A stretch of DNA of 64,000 nucleotides, from the NCBI GenBank assembly GCA_964475405.1, contig CAYYWX010000007.1, forward strand, positions 17,280-81,279, written 5' to 3'. The DNA is from an uncultured Verrucomicrobiota bacterium. GTDB taxonomy: Bacteria > Verrucomicrobiota > Kiritimatiellia > JAAZAB01. Below the pieces are notes generated by a model, which did no database searches, was not told where the DNA came from, and worked only from the letters and a program-made list of their open reading frames with translations. Of the stretch, positions 20,587 through 31,144 are shown piece after piece. A program made the translations under genes and the position numbers. Within the stretch, counting starts at the first letter, position 1, and every line of letters starts with the position of its first letter.

Positions 20587-20604
20587 TCTGCAGTATTCTG
20601 CCGG

Positions 20605-20922
20605 TCATAGTCCCGGAATATTTGGCAGGCCCATGTCGGCCATTACCTTCTGCATGTGCTCGGCGCTCGCTTGCTTCGCCTTTTCCAGCGCGCCGTTCAC
20701 CGTTTCCAGGATTAATTTCTCAAGCTTGTCCGCCCGGTTCGGCGCGATTGCCGCCGGGTCAATCTTGATGCTCACCAGGGACGCGTCGCCGCTGGCGGTT
20801 ACGCGCACTTCGCCGCCGGCGCTGGCATGTTCAACCGTTTTCCGCTGCAGTTCATTCTGTATTTTTTTCAGGTTTTTTTGGGCCGATACAGCGTCTTTCA
20901 ACATTTTAAACATATTGCTCAT
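20605..20922 (-). CDS. ybaB: YbaB/EbfC nucleoid-associated protein
   Basis: MSNMFKMLKDAVSAQKNLKKIQNEL is the family signature. It sits between dnaX and recR, which is the conserved operon order. Confidence 0.9.
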   Translation of the reverse strand: MSNMFKMLKDAVSAQKNLKKIQNELQRKTVEHASAGGEVRVTASGDASLVSIKIDPAAIAPNRADKLEKLILETVNGALEKAKQASAEHMQKVMADMGLPNIPGL

Positions 20923-20928
20923 TTGTAT

Positions 20929-22755
20929 TTACTCCCGAATGTCAACGATTCTTCCGTCAAACATGTCAATTGTCTTGCGGACGGCCTCGTCCGCCATCCA
21001 TTTGTGCTTGGATTGGGGCGATGGCGCGCCGTCCCCCCCGGCGGGCGGTGGCGCTTTTTCCACGGGTGAATCTTTTTCTTCCATGGCGTTCTCTTCCTGC
21101 CCGGGGCGGTTGGTCACGCTTGCCGGGCTATTAGAATGGACAGGGGAATTGTTTGTCGCGCCTGCCGAGCCCTCGGCATGGACGGGGGAGTGGCCGATCG
21201 TGAATTCAACCGCGACCGGCCGGCGCAGGTGATCGCTTAAAACTTTTTGCAGGGCCGCGCGGTTGCGCGGAATGCCGGCTTGCTCCATCCGCTCGGCAAA
21301 TTCCTGGTCAAAGGCGACGGTCACCCGGTCGGCGCTTGTCTTGACCGGCATTGAATCCACGAGGTTCGCCTTGGCCAGCGCGGCCGATTTGCCAGTCCGC
21401 TCTATGATCGCGTGCCAGTCCCGGATGAGGAGCGTCAACTCGTCGCCGATCCTCGGGGCGGGTGCGTCCGGCGCCGTATGCGGCGTCTTTTCCGGACGCT
21501 CAACATTTGATGTTGGATGCCGGATATTGCCGGCCGCAGGCTGATCCGCTCGTTCCGATGCATCAGAGCGAGCCTGTGGCGGAAGTTCCGGGGCGGCCGC
21601 TCCCGACGCTATTTGCCTTAATTCGGCGACGATCTGGTCAAGCGACACGGTCAGCGCCGCGCGGGCGCAGCGCAGGAGCGAAACTTCAAGCAGCGTCTTT
21701 TTGGAGAGGGCGTAACGCAGTCGGTCGGTTGTTTCCGTGAGAATATCAATTATCCTCAGCAGTCGTTCCGAGTCTGTCATTTTGGCCTGGCTTTTCAGGG
21801 CTTCAATCTGGTTCTCGGCCAGGTCCATTTCGTCGCCGATCGTGCCGATCTCAAGGAAGATGAGCAGGTTCCGGCAGTGTTCCAGCAACTCCAGCAAAAG
21901 GCGGTGCATGTCCTTGCCCTGGCGGTCCATCTGTTCCACCGATCGGACCAGGGAAGCGATATCGCCCGTGAATATTGCGGAAGAGAGTTCCTCCAGCGCT
22001 TTGCGCGGCATCAGGCCGAAGACCGATATGACGTTTTCCTCGCTGATTTTGCTGCCCTGGAACGCGATGAGCTGGTCAAGGGCGCTTTCCGCGTCGCGCA
22101 AGCCGCCTTCCGCCGCGCGGGCCACCGCCAGGAGGGCGTCATGATCGATCTCCACGTTCTCCGCCCTGGCGATCAAGGCCAGGCGTTCCACGATCAGCCG
22201 GAGCGGTATGCGCCGCAGGTCAAAACGCTGGCAGCGCGAAAGGATGGTCAAGGGCACCTTTTGCGGCTCGGTCGTCGCGAAGAGGAAAATGACGTGTTCG
22301 GGCGGCTCTTCCAGCGTCTTTAAAAGCGCGTTGAAGGCCTCGATCGTCAGCATGTGCACTTCGTCAATGATGTAGATCTTGTAGCGCCCGTTCGGCATGT
22401 ATCTCACGTCCTCGCGCAGGGAACGGACGTCGTCAATCAGGCGGTTGGAAGCGCCGTCAATCTCGCGCACGTCGAGATTGTTGCCTTCCATGATGCCGGC
22501 GCAGGACGGGCACCTGTCGCACGGTTTCTCGGTCGGCCCCTCCTGGCAGTTGATGGCTTTTGCGAAAATGCGGGCGATGGAAGTCTTGCCGATCCCGCGC
22601 GGGCCGACAAACAAATAGGCATGCGCCACGCGGTTGAGCTTGATGGCGTTCTTCAGCGTCCGGCTGACGTGTTCCTGGCCGACAACGTCGTCAAATTGCT
22701 GCGGACGCCATTTGCGCGCGATTACTTCGTAAACCTTTTTTTCTTCCTGTTTCAT
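20929..22755 (-). CDS. dnaX: DNA polymerase III subunits gamma/tau
   Basis: The AAA+ motifs HAYLFVGPRGIGKTS and a zinc module (CDRCPSC) are present. It is 608 aa. Confidence 0.9.
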   Translation of the reverse strand: MKQEEKKVYEVIARKWRPQQFDDVVGQEHVSRTLKNAIKLNRVAHAYLFVGPRGIGKTSIARIFAKAINCQEGPTEKPCDRCPSCAGIMEGNNLDVREIDGASNRLIDDVRSLREDVRYMPNGRYKIYIIDEVHMLTIEAFNALLKTLEEPPEHVIFLFATTEPQKVPLTILSRCQRFDLRRIPLRLIVERLALIARAENVEIDHDALLAVARAAEGGLRDAESALDQLIAFQGSKISEENVISVFGLMPRKALEELSSAIFTGDIASLVRSVEQMDRQGKDMHRLLLELLEHCRNLLIFLEIGTIGDEMDLAENQIEALKSQAKMTDSERLLRIIDILTETTDRLRYALSKKTLLEVSLLRCARAALTVSLDQIVAELRQIASGAAAPELPPQARSDASERADQPAAGNIRHPTSNVERPEKTPHTAPDAPAPRIGDELTLLIRDWHAIIERTGKSAALAKANLVDSMPVKTSADRVTVAFDQEFAERMEQAGIPRNRAALQKVLSDHLRRPVAVEFTIGHSPVHAEGSAGATNNSPVHSNSPASVTNRPGQEENAMEEKDSPVEKAPPPAGGDGAPSPQSKHKWMADEAVRKTIDMFDGRIVDIRE

Positions 22756-22822
22756 CGTAAATTAAATTTCGTATTTCGTATCCCGTGAAGCGCATCTCGC
22801 AAATCCGGACAACTGTTGCTTT

Positions 22823-24163
22823 TTATGCGTTTCGCGAGTCCTGTTTCTCGGCGGCCAGCTCGCAGGCCGCCCTGTAAATATTATCAAACAAATCCGGCAG
22901 CTTGGCCAGCGGGGTTGACGAGAAGGCGACCCGGACGAGGCTGTTCATCACGATCACGCCGCTGGAATAGTCCAGCAACAGCTTCCGGCGCAATTCCTCC
23001 GGGTCAACCGCGATCATCCGCAGGCACATGAAATAGCCGGAGTTGAAGGGCATCGGTTCAAATTGTTTCCCGTACTCGGGATGCTCCGCCAGGATTTGTT
23101 TGACCGCCAGGTAGCGGGAGTTCAAGAGGTCGAATTTCTGCTTTTTTTCGGCCTCGTAGGTCTTTGAATTGTAGGCCGCGAGCAGCAGCGACTGGCTGAT
23201 GTTGGCCGAGTTGGATATGTTGCCGCGGATCGCCCCGGCGGTTTTCGCCTCCAGCGCGCCGTAGACCGCCGGCGTTCCGCCCTGCACGCCGTAGGTCATG
23301 AAGCCTACCCGGAATCCCCAGACATAATCTTCCTTGGTGGGGCCGTCCAGCTTGACGGCCAGGATGTTCGGATGCAGGTCGCAGAGGGTGACAAAGAGCG
23401 ATTCTTTCAGGATGTTTTTTTCATAAACAAGGCCGAAATAGGCGTCGTCAATGATGACCACCAGCCGCTGGCCGGCCCGGGCCGCCTCAAGGAGAAGGGC
23501 GGTGATCGCGGCGGCTTCGTTCTCGGTCGGCGTGTAGCCGGTCGGGTTGTTGGGGAAATTCAGGCAGACGATTTTTTTCACGGGCTTTTTGGCCAGGAGC
23601 TGTTCTTTCAGCCCGGCCAGGTTGAATCCCTTTTTCCCCTCCCCGGCAAAGAGCGGGTAGGTGGTGAGGCGCGCGTGAAAGCCGTTCCCGAAAATCAAGT
23701 CGTAGTTCTCCCAGTAAAGGTCCGGCACGATGAATTCATCGCCCGCGTCGCAGAAGAGATAAGCGCCCACGCTCAGGCCGTGGGTCAGGGCGCAGGTTAC
23801 CACCGGCAGGCTGAAGCTTTTGCCGGCCAGGGAGGGATTCTTCCTGACCAGCATTTCTTTCCAGGTTTTGCGAATATCCGGCCGGCCGGGACTCGGCGCG
23901 TAAGAAACCATCTCCCCGGCTTTCAGGGAGCAGTTCGCGGCGATGCTCGGCAGGATCATCGGCGCGCCGGTCTCCTCAAGGGCGATCCCGATCGTGGCGT
24001 TGATTTCCTTGCCGTTGGCCTCGGCCGACTGCGAGAGGATACCGAGTTTAGGAAAATAAATCGCCTTGCCCCGGTCCGAGAGCATGGCCAGCACGGCCGG
24101 GCAATCCGCGCCGATCTGGTCGTTAAGCTGCACGGCCTGTTCGTTCAGTTTTTCTTTCGTCAT
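22823..24163 (-). CDS. PLP-dependent aminotransferase (class I/II fold)
   Basis: It is a 446-aa protein with an aminotransferase fold; the motifs NPTGYTPT and LKLDGPTKEDYVWGFRVGF are present. Substrate specificity cannot be determined. Confidence 0.65.
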   Translation of the reverse strand: MTKEKLNEQAVQLNDQIGADCPAVLAMLSDRGKAIYFPKLGILSQSAEANGKEINATIGIALEETGAPMILPSIAANCSLKAGEMVSYAPSPGRPDIRKTWKEMLVRKNPSLAGKSFSLPVVTCALTHGLSVGAYLFCDAGDEFIVPDLYWENYDLIFGNGFHARLTTYPLFAGEGKKGFNLAGLKEQLLAKKPVKKIVCLNFPNNPTGYTPTENEAAAITALLLEAARAGQRLVVIIDDAYFGLVYEKNILKESLFVTLCDLHPNILAVKLDGPTKEDYVWGFRVGFMTYGVQGGTPAVYGALEAKTAGAIRGNISNSANISQSLLLAAYNSKTYEAEKKQKFDLLNSRYLAVKQILAEHPEYGKQFEPMPFNSGYFMCLRMIAVDPEELRRKLLLDYSSGVIVMNSLVRVAFSSTPLAKLPDLFDNIYRAACELAAEKQDSRNA

Positions 24164-24351
24164 TATTCAGCTTTCTTTTCCTTTGGTCCATCCGCTTAAT
24201 CGCCAAGTTTGCCATTAAACATCCGTATTTTTCAAGCAAATTATCGGCCGGATAATCTTCGCTAACCAATTTCTAATAATATTTAATTTTACTATTTAAA
24301 GTTTTAGACTTATGCTTGTCTCAAATCTTTATAAACAGGCGGCAGGGCAAC

Positions 24352-25038
24352 ATGGCAAGAAAAAAGATATTCATTGTCGAGGATGAGGAGGATATCGTGG
24401 AGCTTCTGCGTCATAACCTGGCGCGGGAGCATTTTGAAGTGAGCGCCGCCGCGGACGGCGAAAAAGCGCTGAAGGCCATCGCGCGGGAAATGCCTTCCTT
24501 GATTCTCCTCGATTTGATGCTGCCCGGCATTGACGGTCTGGAAGTGTGCCGGATCCTGAAGAAGGACGACAAGACCGCCGATATTCCCGTTATCATGCTC
24601 ACGGCCAAGGGCGAGGAAAGCGATATTATCGCCGGCCTTGAGATCGGGGCGGATGATTACATCGCCAAGCCCTTCAGTATGAAGGTGCTTGTCGCCCGGG
24701 TGCGCGCCGTGCTGCGCCGCAGGCAAAGATCGCCCGCGGAAAAGGACTCCGTCATTCGCATCCATGACCTGGCGATTAACCCCGGACGCCGCGAGGTCCT
24801 GGTCAAGGGCCGGCCGGTTGAGATGACATTTTGCGAGTTTGGGATCCTCCATTTGCTGGCCGGCCGTCCCGGGTGGGTGCTGACGCGCGAGCAGATTGTT
24901 GACGCGGTGCGCGGCGAGGATTATGCCGTCACCGACCGGGCCGTTGACGTGCAAATCGTCGGCATCCGGAAAAAGCTCGGGCCGCGCGCCGATTACATTG
25001 AAACCGTGCGCGGGGTGGGATATCGTTTCAAGGAATGA
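24352..25038 (+). CDS. phoB: phosphate regulon response regulator (OmpR/PhoB family)
   Basis: The receiver domain has D-D-K residues, and there is a winged-helix C-terminus (VRGVGYRF). It lies immediately upstream of phoR and the pst genes. Confidence 0.8.
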   Translation: MARKKIFIVEDEEDIVELLRHNLAREHFEVSAAADGEKALKAIAREMPSLILLDLMLPGIDGLEVCRILKKDDKTADIPVIMLTAKGEESDIIAGLEIGADDYIAKPFSMKVLVARVRAVLRRRQRSPAEKDSVIRIHDLAINPGRREVLVKGRPVEMTFCEFGILHLLAGRPGWVLTREQIVDAVRGEDYAVTDRAVDVQIVGIRKKLGPRADYIETVRGVGYRFKE

Positions 25039-26814
25039 ATGATGCGTGGTAAAAAACTCCTGTGGCGTATTTATCTTTCGTTCTTCGCTAGCGCCCTGTT
25101 CGCGTTCGGCGTCATTACCTGGTATTCGATTTTCTCGCTGCGCCAGTTTCACCAGGAACAGGTCGGGGAAGATCTGTTTGTCCGCGCCCGGATCATTGCC
25201 AAGGAAATCGCGGAATATCCGGCGGATGCCGGATCCGAAAAAATTGACCGGCTCTGCAGGGATTTGGGCGGCCTGACCCGGATGCGGATTACGGTTGTGG
25301 CGCTGGACGGCCGGGTGCTGGGCGACTCGGAAGAAAATCCGGCCGCCATGGATAACCACAAAAATCGCCCGGAAATATCGGCCGCCATCAGGGGGGAAAC
25401 CGGCAAATCAGTGCGGTTCAGCGATACCACGCGCCGGACAATGATGTATCTTGCTGTCCCGGCGCGGCGCGACGGCAAGATGATCGCCGTGGTAAGAGCT
25501 TCCCTGCCGTTGTCGGTCATTGACTGGGCACTGCAGACGGTTTACAAGCACATCCTCCTTGGCGGGTTGATCATCGCCGTCCTTTTCGCGGTTGTGGCGC
25601 TCCTGATTCTAAGGCAGATTACCCGGCCGCTGGAAGACATGCGTCAGGTGGCCGAAAGACTCGCGCGGGGCGAGCTTGAGGCGCGTGTCCCGGAATCCGA
25701 TTACGAGGAAACAAGAGCCCTGGCGCGCGCGCTGAACCAGATGGCGGTCCAGCTCGGGGAGCGCCTGCGCATTATCACCGAACAGCGCAACGAACAGGAA
25801 GCCGTTTTTAACAGCATGGTGGAAGGCGTCCTCGCCGTTGACAAGGACGAGATGATCATCAATTTTAACCCGGCCGCCGCGCGCTTGCTGGGACTGAAGG
25901 ACGCGAACGCGCGCGGCCACAGCATGCAGGAGATTGTCAGGAACCCCGACTTGCAGAAATTCATCACCGGCACGCTCGCGCAATCGGGAGTCCTGGACGG
26001 TGAAATCACCATTTACGGCGGCGAGGATATTTTTCTCCAGCTGCACGGCACGGTCTTGACCGATGCCGCCGGCATGAACATCGGCGCGTTGGTGGTCCTT
26101 AATGATGTCAGCCGGTTGAAGCGGCTGGAAACAGTCCGGCGCGATTTTGTCGCCAATGTGTCGCATGAACTGAAAACCCCGGTCACCGCGCTCAAGGGTT
26201 GCGCGGAGACCCTGGCGGATCTTTCATCCGTCACCGACCAGGAACGGAAAAAATTCATCGCCATGATGGCCCGGCACGTGGAACGGCTGGAGGCGATCGT
26301 CAACGATTTGCTCAGCCTTTCTAAAATCGAGTTTGACGCCGGGCGCGGCCGGATTCAGCTGGAAATTTCTCCGCTCGGGGATGTTTTGCGGCGCGCGGCA
26401 GGCGCTTTCACGGAACAGGCCGCTCACCGGAAAATGACCTTGAACATTGAGTGTCCTGAAGGTCTGGCGGCCTCCCTCAACGCCGAGTTGCTGGAGCAGG
26501 CCGTTGGAAACCTGGTTGACAATGCTCTCAAATACGGCGGCGAGGGGACGCGCGTGACAGTCGGCGCGAAGCTCAGCGGCAACGATGTGGAAATCAACGT
26601 GAGCGACCAGGGGCCGGGTATTGAGAAAAGACATCTTGACCGTATTTTTGAGCGTTTCTACCGGGTTGACCAGGCCCGCAGCCGGACGATGGGCGGCACC
26701 GGGCTCGGTTTGGCGATCGTGAAACATATCGCCCTCGCGCATCGCGGCACGGTCGGGGTCGCGAGCGTTGTCGGACAAGGCAGTGTTTTCACGATCAGGT
26801 TTCCAAGGGCATAG
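25039..26814 (+). CDS. phoR: phosphate regulon sensor histidine kinase (PhoR-like)
   Basis: There is an N-terminal TM segment, a PAS domain, the HisKA H-box ([11 protein letters not shown]) and HATPase_c ([12 protein letters not shown]). Confidence 0.8.
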   Translation: MMRGKKLLWRIYLSFFASALFAFGVITWYSIFSLRQFHQEQVGEDLFVRARIIAKEIAEYPADAGSEKIDRLCRDLGGLTRMRITVVALDGRVLGDSEENPAAMDNHKNRPEISAAIRGETGKSVRFSDTTRRTMMYLAVPARRDGKMIAVVRASLPLSVIDWALQTVYKHILLGGLIIAVLFAVVALLILRQITRPLEDMRQVAERLARGELEARVPESDYEETRALARALNQMAVQLGERLRIITEQRNEQEAVFNSMVEGVLAVDKDEMIINFNPAAARLLGLKDANARGHSMQEIVRNPDLQKFITGTLAQSGVLDGEITIYGGEDIFLQLHGTVLTDAAGMNIGALVVLNDVSRLKRLETVRRDFVANVSHELKTPVTALKGCAETLADLSSVTDQERKKFIAMMARHVERLEAIVNDLLSLSKIEFDAGRGRIQLEISPLGDVLRRAAGAFTEQAAHRKMTLNIECPEGLAASLNAELLEQAVGNLVDNALKYGGEGTRVTVGAKLSGNDVEINVSDQGPGIEKRHLDRIFERFYRVDQARSRTMGGTGLGLAIVKHIALAHRGTVGVASVVGQGSVFTIRFPRA

Positions 26815-26817
26815 GCA

Positions 26818-26848
26818 TTCCTTCCTTCCTTCCTTCCTTCCTTCCTTC
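26818..26848. repeat. (TTCC)n tetranucleotide microsatellite, ~7.75 units
   Basis: attccttccttccttccttccttccttccttc lies immediately after the phoR stop codon and upstream of the porin gene. Confidence 0.9.
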
Positions 26849-27002
26849 AGGTTAACCAACTTCTAACTTGGCCCTCATACTATCCTAAGGGGTCTTTTCT
26901 AACTTTCCTCATGTAATTCAGACGCATTCCGCCGTGAAACTGATCCCGAAAAATCGGGACGCGCGGCGTTAAAAAACGCGGCTGAAAAGAAAGGGAAAAA
27001 AC

Positions 27003-28325
27003 ATGAGGAAGCTAAGATGGATAAGCGCCGTCCTGATCCTGTCGGCGTTGAACATCGTCGGTGCAAGTCCGGCGCAGACGAACATGGATATGGCTGGAAC
27101 AAGTCCGGCGCAGACAAACCGGACGGAAAGCCCTTGGCCCGCTCTTGGAGTTATGCTGCTGGCGCCGTCGGCGCAGACGAACAATGCGCTTAATCCCTGG
27201 CCGGCGCCCGGCGCCATGATCATGGCGCCGCCCGCGCCGCAAAAAATCTGGGCCGATTATGTCACGGTCTACGGCAACATCCGCCTGCGGTTTGAGACGA
27301 TCAATGACGATGCAAAAAAGAAATCGGACGGCGAACATTACACGCGCGATCGTTTGCGCATCAAGGGCCAGCTTGGCGCCGAGGCGAAACTGGAAGACTT
27401 GAAGGCCGGCGTCCGCCTTTCCACCGGCGGCGCGGACCCTGTTTCCGCGAACGTGACCCTGGGCGAGGGGTTGCAGAAGGAAGATATCCGGGTTGATCTG
27501 GCTTATCTGGACTATGCCTTGCTCAACACGAACTGCTATGGCTTAAACGCCGTCGGCGGCAAGATGCAAAATCCTTTGATCGCCTACGGCGCTGACGATC
27601 TTGTATGGGATCAGGACCTGACGCCGGAAGGCCTTGCGGCCAGGGGCAGGTGCGGCAATGGCCGGCTGACTTTTCTGGCCAATGCCGAATACTTGTTTGT
27701 CAAGGAGCGCGATTCGCAGCCCAATGCCTGGGGCTGGTCCGGCCAGGGCGCGTTGCAATTTGAATTCATTCCTGAAATCATCCTGAAGCTCGGCGGAAGT
27801 TATTCGGGGTTTCAGGGCTTCAAGGGCTATGACGTGATTGACTGGGAAAACAAGAATAATTCCTACGGCAACAGCACGATCAAAGGATCGGCCAGCGGCG
27901 GCACAACCAACAAGGCCTGGGCAACCGACTTCACGACGATCGTGGGATTCGGAAACCTTGACCTCCTGGTCTGGAAAATGCCGGTCTCCATCTACGGCCA
28001 GGCGCTCACCAATCCCGGGGCGGATGACAATAACAAGGGTTACCTGGGCGGGCTTTCGCTCTTCAAGGCCAGGAAACCGAAGAGCTTTGAGATCGGTTAC
28101 GCTTATGCCCTGCTCGAAAAGGACGCGACTCTCGGCATGTGGACCGACTCCGACCGCTGGGGCGGAGGCACGGACGGCAAGGGCAGCCGGTTCTACGGCA
28201 AATACCAGATCAGCAAATATCTGCAGTTTGCGGTAATCTTCTTCCTGGACAAGAAAAACATCGCGGCCGGCGAGAATGAGACGAATTACAACCGGCTGCA
28301 GATTGATTTGCAGGGGGTATTCTGA
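27003..28325 (+). CDS. putative outer-membrane porin, likely a phosphate-selective porin (OprO/P-like)
   Basis: It has a signal peptide, alternating beta-strand character and a C-terminal Phe (…LQGVF*). It sits between phoR and pstS. Confidence 0.5.
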   Translation: MRKLRWISAVLILSALNIVGASPAQTNMDMAGTSPAQTNRTESPWPALGVMLLAPSAQTNNALNPWPAPGAMIMAPPAPQKIWADYVTVYGNIRLRFETINDDAKKKSDGEHYTRDRLRIKGQLGAEAKLEDLKAGVRLSTGGADPVSANVTLGEGLQKEDIRVDLAYLDYALLNTNCYGLNAVGGKMQNPLIAYGADDLVWDQDLTPEGLAARGRCGNGRLTFLANAEYLFVKERDSQPNAWGWSGQGALQFEFIPEIILKLGGSYSGFQGFKGYDVIDWENKNNSYGNSTIKGSASGGTTNKAWATDFTTIVGFGNLDLLVWKMPVSIYGQALTNPGADDNNKGYLGGLSLFKARKPKSFEIGYAYALLEKDATLGMWTDSDRWGGGTDGKGSRFYGKYQISKYLQFAVIFFLDKKNIAAGENETNYNRLQIDLQGVF

Positions 28326-28549
28326 CGGCAAGCGAGGCAACCCTAACCCGAACATTTCATGAGCGACGTGTAATGTTCGTCCTGCGGACTTCGACGTGAA
28401 CGACTTACATCGTTCGTGCTCAGGGTTAACCTTGAGCAAGGCGCAATCGCGCCGCGCCGAAACTTTGGTTACAACACGGTGTAACCAAAGCGTATATTTC
28501 AAGATTAGTAATCTGCTGATGAAATATACGGGCTAACCGTTTTCTAACA

Positions 28550-28578
28550 TTGTCTTAATAATGTTCAAATATTCATTT
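28550..28578 (+). promoter_or_regulatory. candidate Pho boxes (PhoB binding sites) upstream of pstS
   Basis: Direct 7-nt repeats with 11-nt periodicity (TTGTCTT aata ATGTTCA aata TTCATTT) lie 33-61 nt upstream of the pstS ATG. This resembles the CTGTCAT-N4 Pho-box architecture. Confidence 0.35.
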
Positions 28579-28610
28579 GCTCAAATTAAAGCAAAAAAAG
28601 GAGATATATC

Positions 28611-29417
28611 ATGTTTGCCGGACAACTAATAAAATATTGCGTGTTGGCGGGTTTTTCCATTTCCATGTTGTTTGCCGGTTGCGGGCGGAAGACATCCGGT
28701 TCAATCACGGTCGCGGGATCAACGGCTTTCCAGCCTTTCGCGGAAAAGCTGGCCGGGCAGTTCATGGCCAGGCGCGGCGGTATCAGGATCGCGGTGCAGG
28801 GCGGCGGATCGGCGCTCGGGATCGAGTCGGTGCGTTCCGGCGCGGCCCAGATCGGCATGGCGGACCTGGTGGCGCTTCCGCCCGAGGCGCGCGAACTCAG
28901 CAGCGTCATCGTGGCGCGGGACGGCATTGCGGTAATCGTCCATCCGGAAAACACCGTGGCGGATCTCGGCACCGCGCAAATTCGCCAGATTCTGAACGGT
29001 TTAATAAAGAACTGGAAAGAAGTCGGCGGGAGCGATCATCCGGTCAGGATTGTCTCGCGCGAGGCCGGCTCGGGCACGAGGGCGTCCTTTGAGCAGGTAA
29101 TCGGCGATGTCAACCTGCTTTCCGACGCCGTCATCCAGAATTCCAGCGGGACCGTGCGCGAGACGGTTGCCAACGACAAGGACACCATCGGTTACCTGTC
29201 GCACGGCGTCTTGAACCAGAAAGTAAAAGTTATCCGGGTGGATGGGGTGGATTGCACGAAAGAGGAGATCGCCGCCGGGAACTACAAGCTTGTCCGGCCC
29301 GTTTATTTCCTGACCAAGGGCGGGCAATCCGAAGCGATAAAGGCCTTTATTGATTACGTGCTGTCGCCGGAAGGCCAGGACACGATCAGGAAGAACGGTC
29401 TTCTTCCGGCGAAATAG
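28611..29417 (+). CDS. pstS: phosphate ABC transporter substrate-binding lipoprotein
   Basis: The lipobox (LFAGCG) and the PstS family blocks TVAGSTAFQPF and SREAGSGTRASFEQ are present. Confidence 0.85.
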   Translation: MFAGQLIKYCVLAGFSISMLFAGCGRKTSGSITVAGSTAFQPFAEKLAGQFMARRGGIRIAVQGGGSALGIESVRSGAAQIGMADLVALPPEARELSSVIVARDGIAVIVHPENTVADLGTAQIRQILNGLIKNWKEVGGSDHPVRIVSREAGSGTRASFEQVIGDVNLLSDAVIQNSSGTVRETVANDKDTIGYLSHGVLNQKVKVIRVDGVDCTKEEIAAGNYKLVRPVYFLTKGGQSEAIKAFIDYVLSPEGQDTIRKNGLLPAK

Positions 29418-29450
29418 GCCCCGCCGGCTGCTTTTGAAAAACCACTCATT

Positions 29451-30308
29451 ATGAAACAGATCGGCGACAAGGCGGTCAAACTTGGCCTCATGGTGATTGC
29501 CGTTTCGGCGATCGGCAGCCTGCTGCTGATCGCGCTCTTCATTTTCAAGGAGGGCGTTCCCTTCATGGCGCGCGTCGGGTTGGGTGACTTCCTGGCCTCC
29601 TCCGACTGGCGGCCCGAGAAGGGCCATTTCGGCATCTTCCCGATGATTGTCGCCTCGCTTTGGGTGACTTTCGGAGCGATGCTCGTCGGCGCCCCGCTTG
29701 GCATCGCCGGCGCGATATTCCTCAGCGAGTTCGTGCCGAACTCCGTCATGCGCGTGATCAAGCCGACCATTGAACTGCTCGTGGGCATTCCCTCCGTTGT
29801 CTACGGATTCATCGGCGTTATCGTGATTGCCCCGTGGATCCGCCTCCATCTCGGCGGCGCGGGGCTATCCATCCTGACGGCATCCGTGATCCTGGGCGTG
29901 ATGATTCTGCCGACCGTCATGAGCATTTCGATTGACGCCTTCCGGAGCGTGCCCAATTCCTACCGGGACGGGGCCCTGGCGCTCGGCGCCACGCGCTGGC
30001 AGACGGTCCATATGGTCGTCCTGAAAGCCGCCCGGTCGGGGATCGTCGCCGGGACGATACTGGGCATGGGGCGGGCGGTTGGCGAAACAATGGCCGTGAT
30101 AATGGTGTCGGGCAACGCGGTCAAGGTGCCGCATTCCGCGTTGGATTCGGTGCGGACCCTGACCGCCAACATCGCGCTCGAGATGGGTTATGCCACCGGC
30201 CTGCACCGCGAGGCGCTCTTTGCCACCGGCGTCGTGCTTTTCCTGGTGATCATTATTCTCAACGCGATCGCCATCACGGCGATGAAGAAGAGGTTTGCGA
30301 GAAAATGA
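29451..30308 (+). CDS. pstC: phosphate ABC transporter permease
   Basis: It is a 6-TM permease with an EAA-like loop (DGALALGATRWQT). Confidence 0.9.
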   Translation: MKQIGDKAVKLGLMVIAVSAIGSLLLIALFIFKEGVPFMARVGLGDFLASSDWRPEKGHFGIFPMIVASLWVTFGAMLVGAPLGIAGAIFLSEFVPNSVMRVIKPTIELLVGIPSVVYGFIGVIVIAPWIRLHLGGAGLSILTASVILGVMILPTVMSISIDAFRSVPNSYRDGALALGATRWQTVHMVVLKAARSGIVAGTILGMGRAVGETMAVIMVSGNAVKVPHSALDSVRTLTANIALEMGYATGLHREALFATGVVLFLVIIILNAIAITAMKKRFARK

Positions 30309-31144
30309 GAATTGCGCCCAGATACACCCAGATTGCCGCGGTGGCCGTCCTCGGCGGGGCCACGTTCGTGACGCTGGCCATCCTTGTTTTTATCGTCATC
30401 TTTGTCCTCGCGAAGGGATTGCCGGTCGTCAACCTGGATTTTCTCCTCAAGAACCCGGAGGACATGGGGCGCGCGGGCGGAATCTTTCCCTGCATTGTGG
30501 GGACCATAGTCCTCACCCTCGGGGCCATAACCGTTGCCTTGCCGCTGGGGGTCGGCACGGCCGTGTATCTCTCGGAATACAGCGTTGAAACCCGCTTCAC
30601 GCGCGTTATCCGGTTCGGCACGGACTGCCTGGCCGGCATTCCGTCAATCATCTTCGGATTGTTCGGGTTCATTTTCTTCGTCACCACGCTCAAGATGGGC
30701 TGGGGGATACTGCCCGGGGCCCTGAGCCTGGCGATCATGGTCCTGCCCACGATCATCAGGACCTCCGAGGAGGCGATGAAGGCGGTCCCGCGGAGTTATC
30801 GCGAGGTCAGTTGCGCGCTCGGCGCCACCCGCTGGGCGACCGTGCAAAAAGTCGTGCTTCCCAACGCCCTCCCGGGCATCATGACCGGGGTCATGTTGAG
30901 CGTCGGCCGCTCGATCGAGGAGACCGCGGTCGTGATTTTCACCGCCGGCCAGGTCCTGCAGCTCCCGACTTCCATGTTCGATTCCGTGAGGACCATGGCG
31001 GTCCATTTCTACATCCTTGTCAGGGAAGGCATTTCCACCGAGAACGCCTACGGAACCGCGGCCGTCCTGATCATCTCGGTCCTCCTGGTCAACACGCTTT
31101 CCTACTGGATGATGAACCGCTTTATTGCGCGAAAAACCAAATGA
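30305..31144 (+). CDS. pstA: phosphate ABC transporter permease
   Basis: It has the PstA permease fold (YREVSCALGATRWATV). It overlaps pstC by 4 nt. Confidence 0.9.
   Translation: MRIAPRYTQIAAVAVLGGATFVTLAILVFIVIFVLAKGLPVVNLDFLLKNPEDMGRAGGIFPCIVGTIVLTLGAITVALPLGVGTAVYLSEYSVETRFTRVIRFGTDCLAGIPSIIFGLFGFIFFVTTLKMGWGILPGALSLAIMVLPTIIRTSEEAMKAVPRSYREVSCALGATRWATVQKVVLPNALPGIMTGVMLSVGRSIEETAVVIFTAGQVLQLPTSMFDSVRTMAVHFYILVREGISTENAYGTAAVLIISVLLVNTLSYWMMNRFIARKTK

Noticed and set aside
24310-25359. 349-aa minus-strand ORF antisense to phoB and phoR
   Set aside because: It is an antisense shadow ORF. The plus-strand response regulator and kinase are clear.
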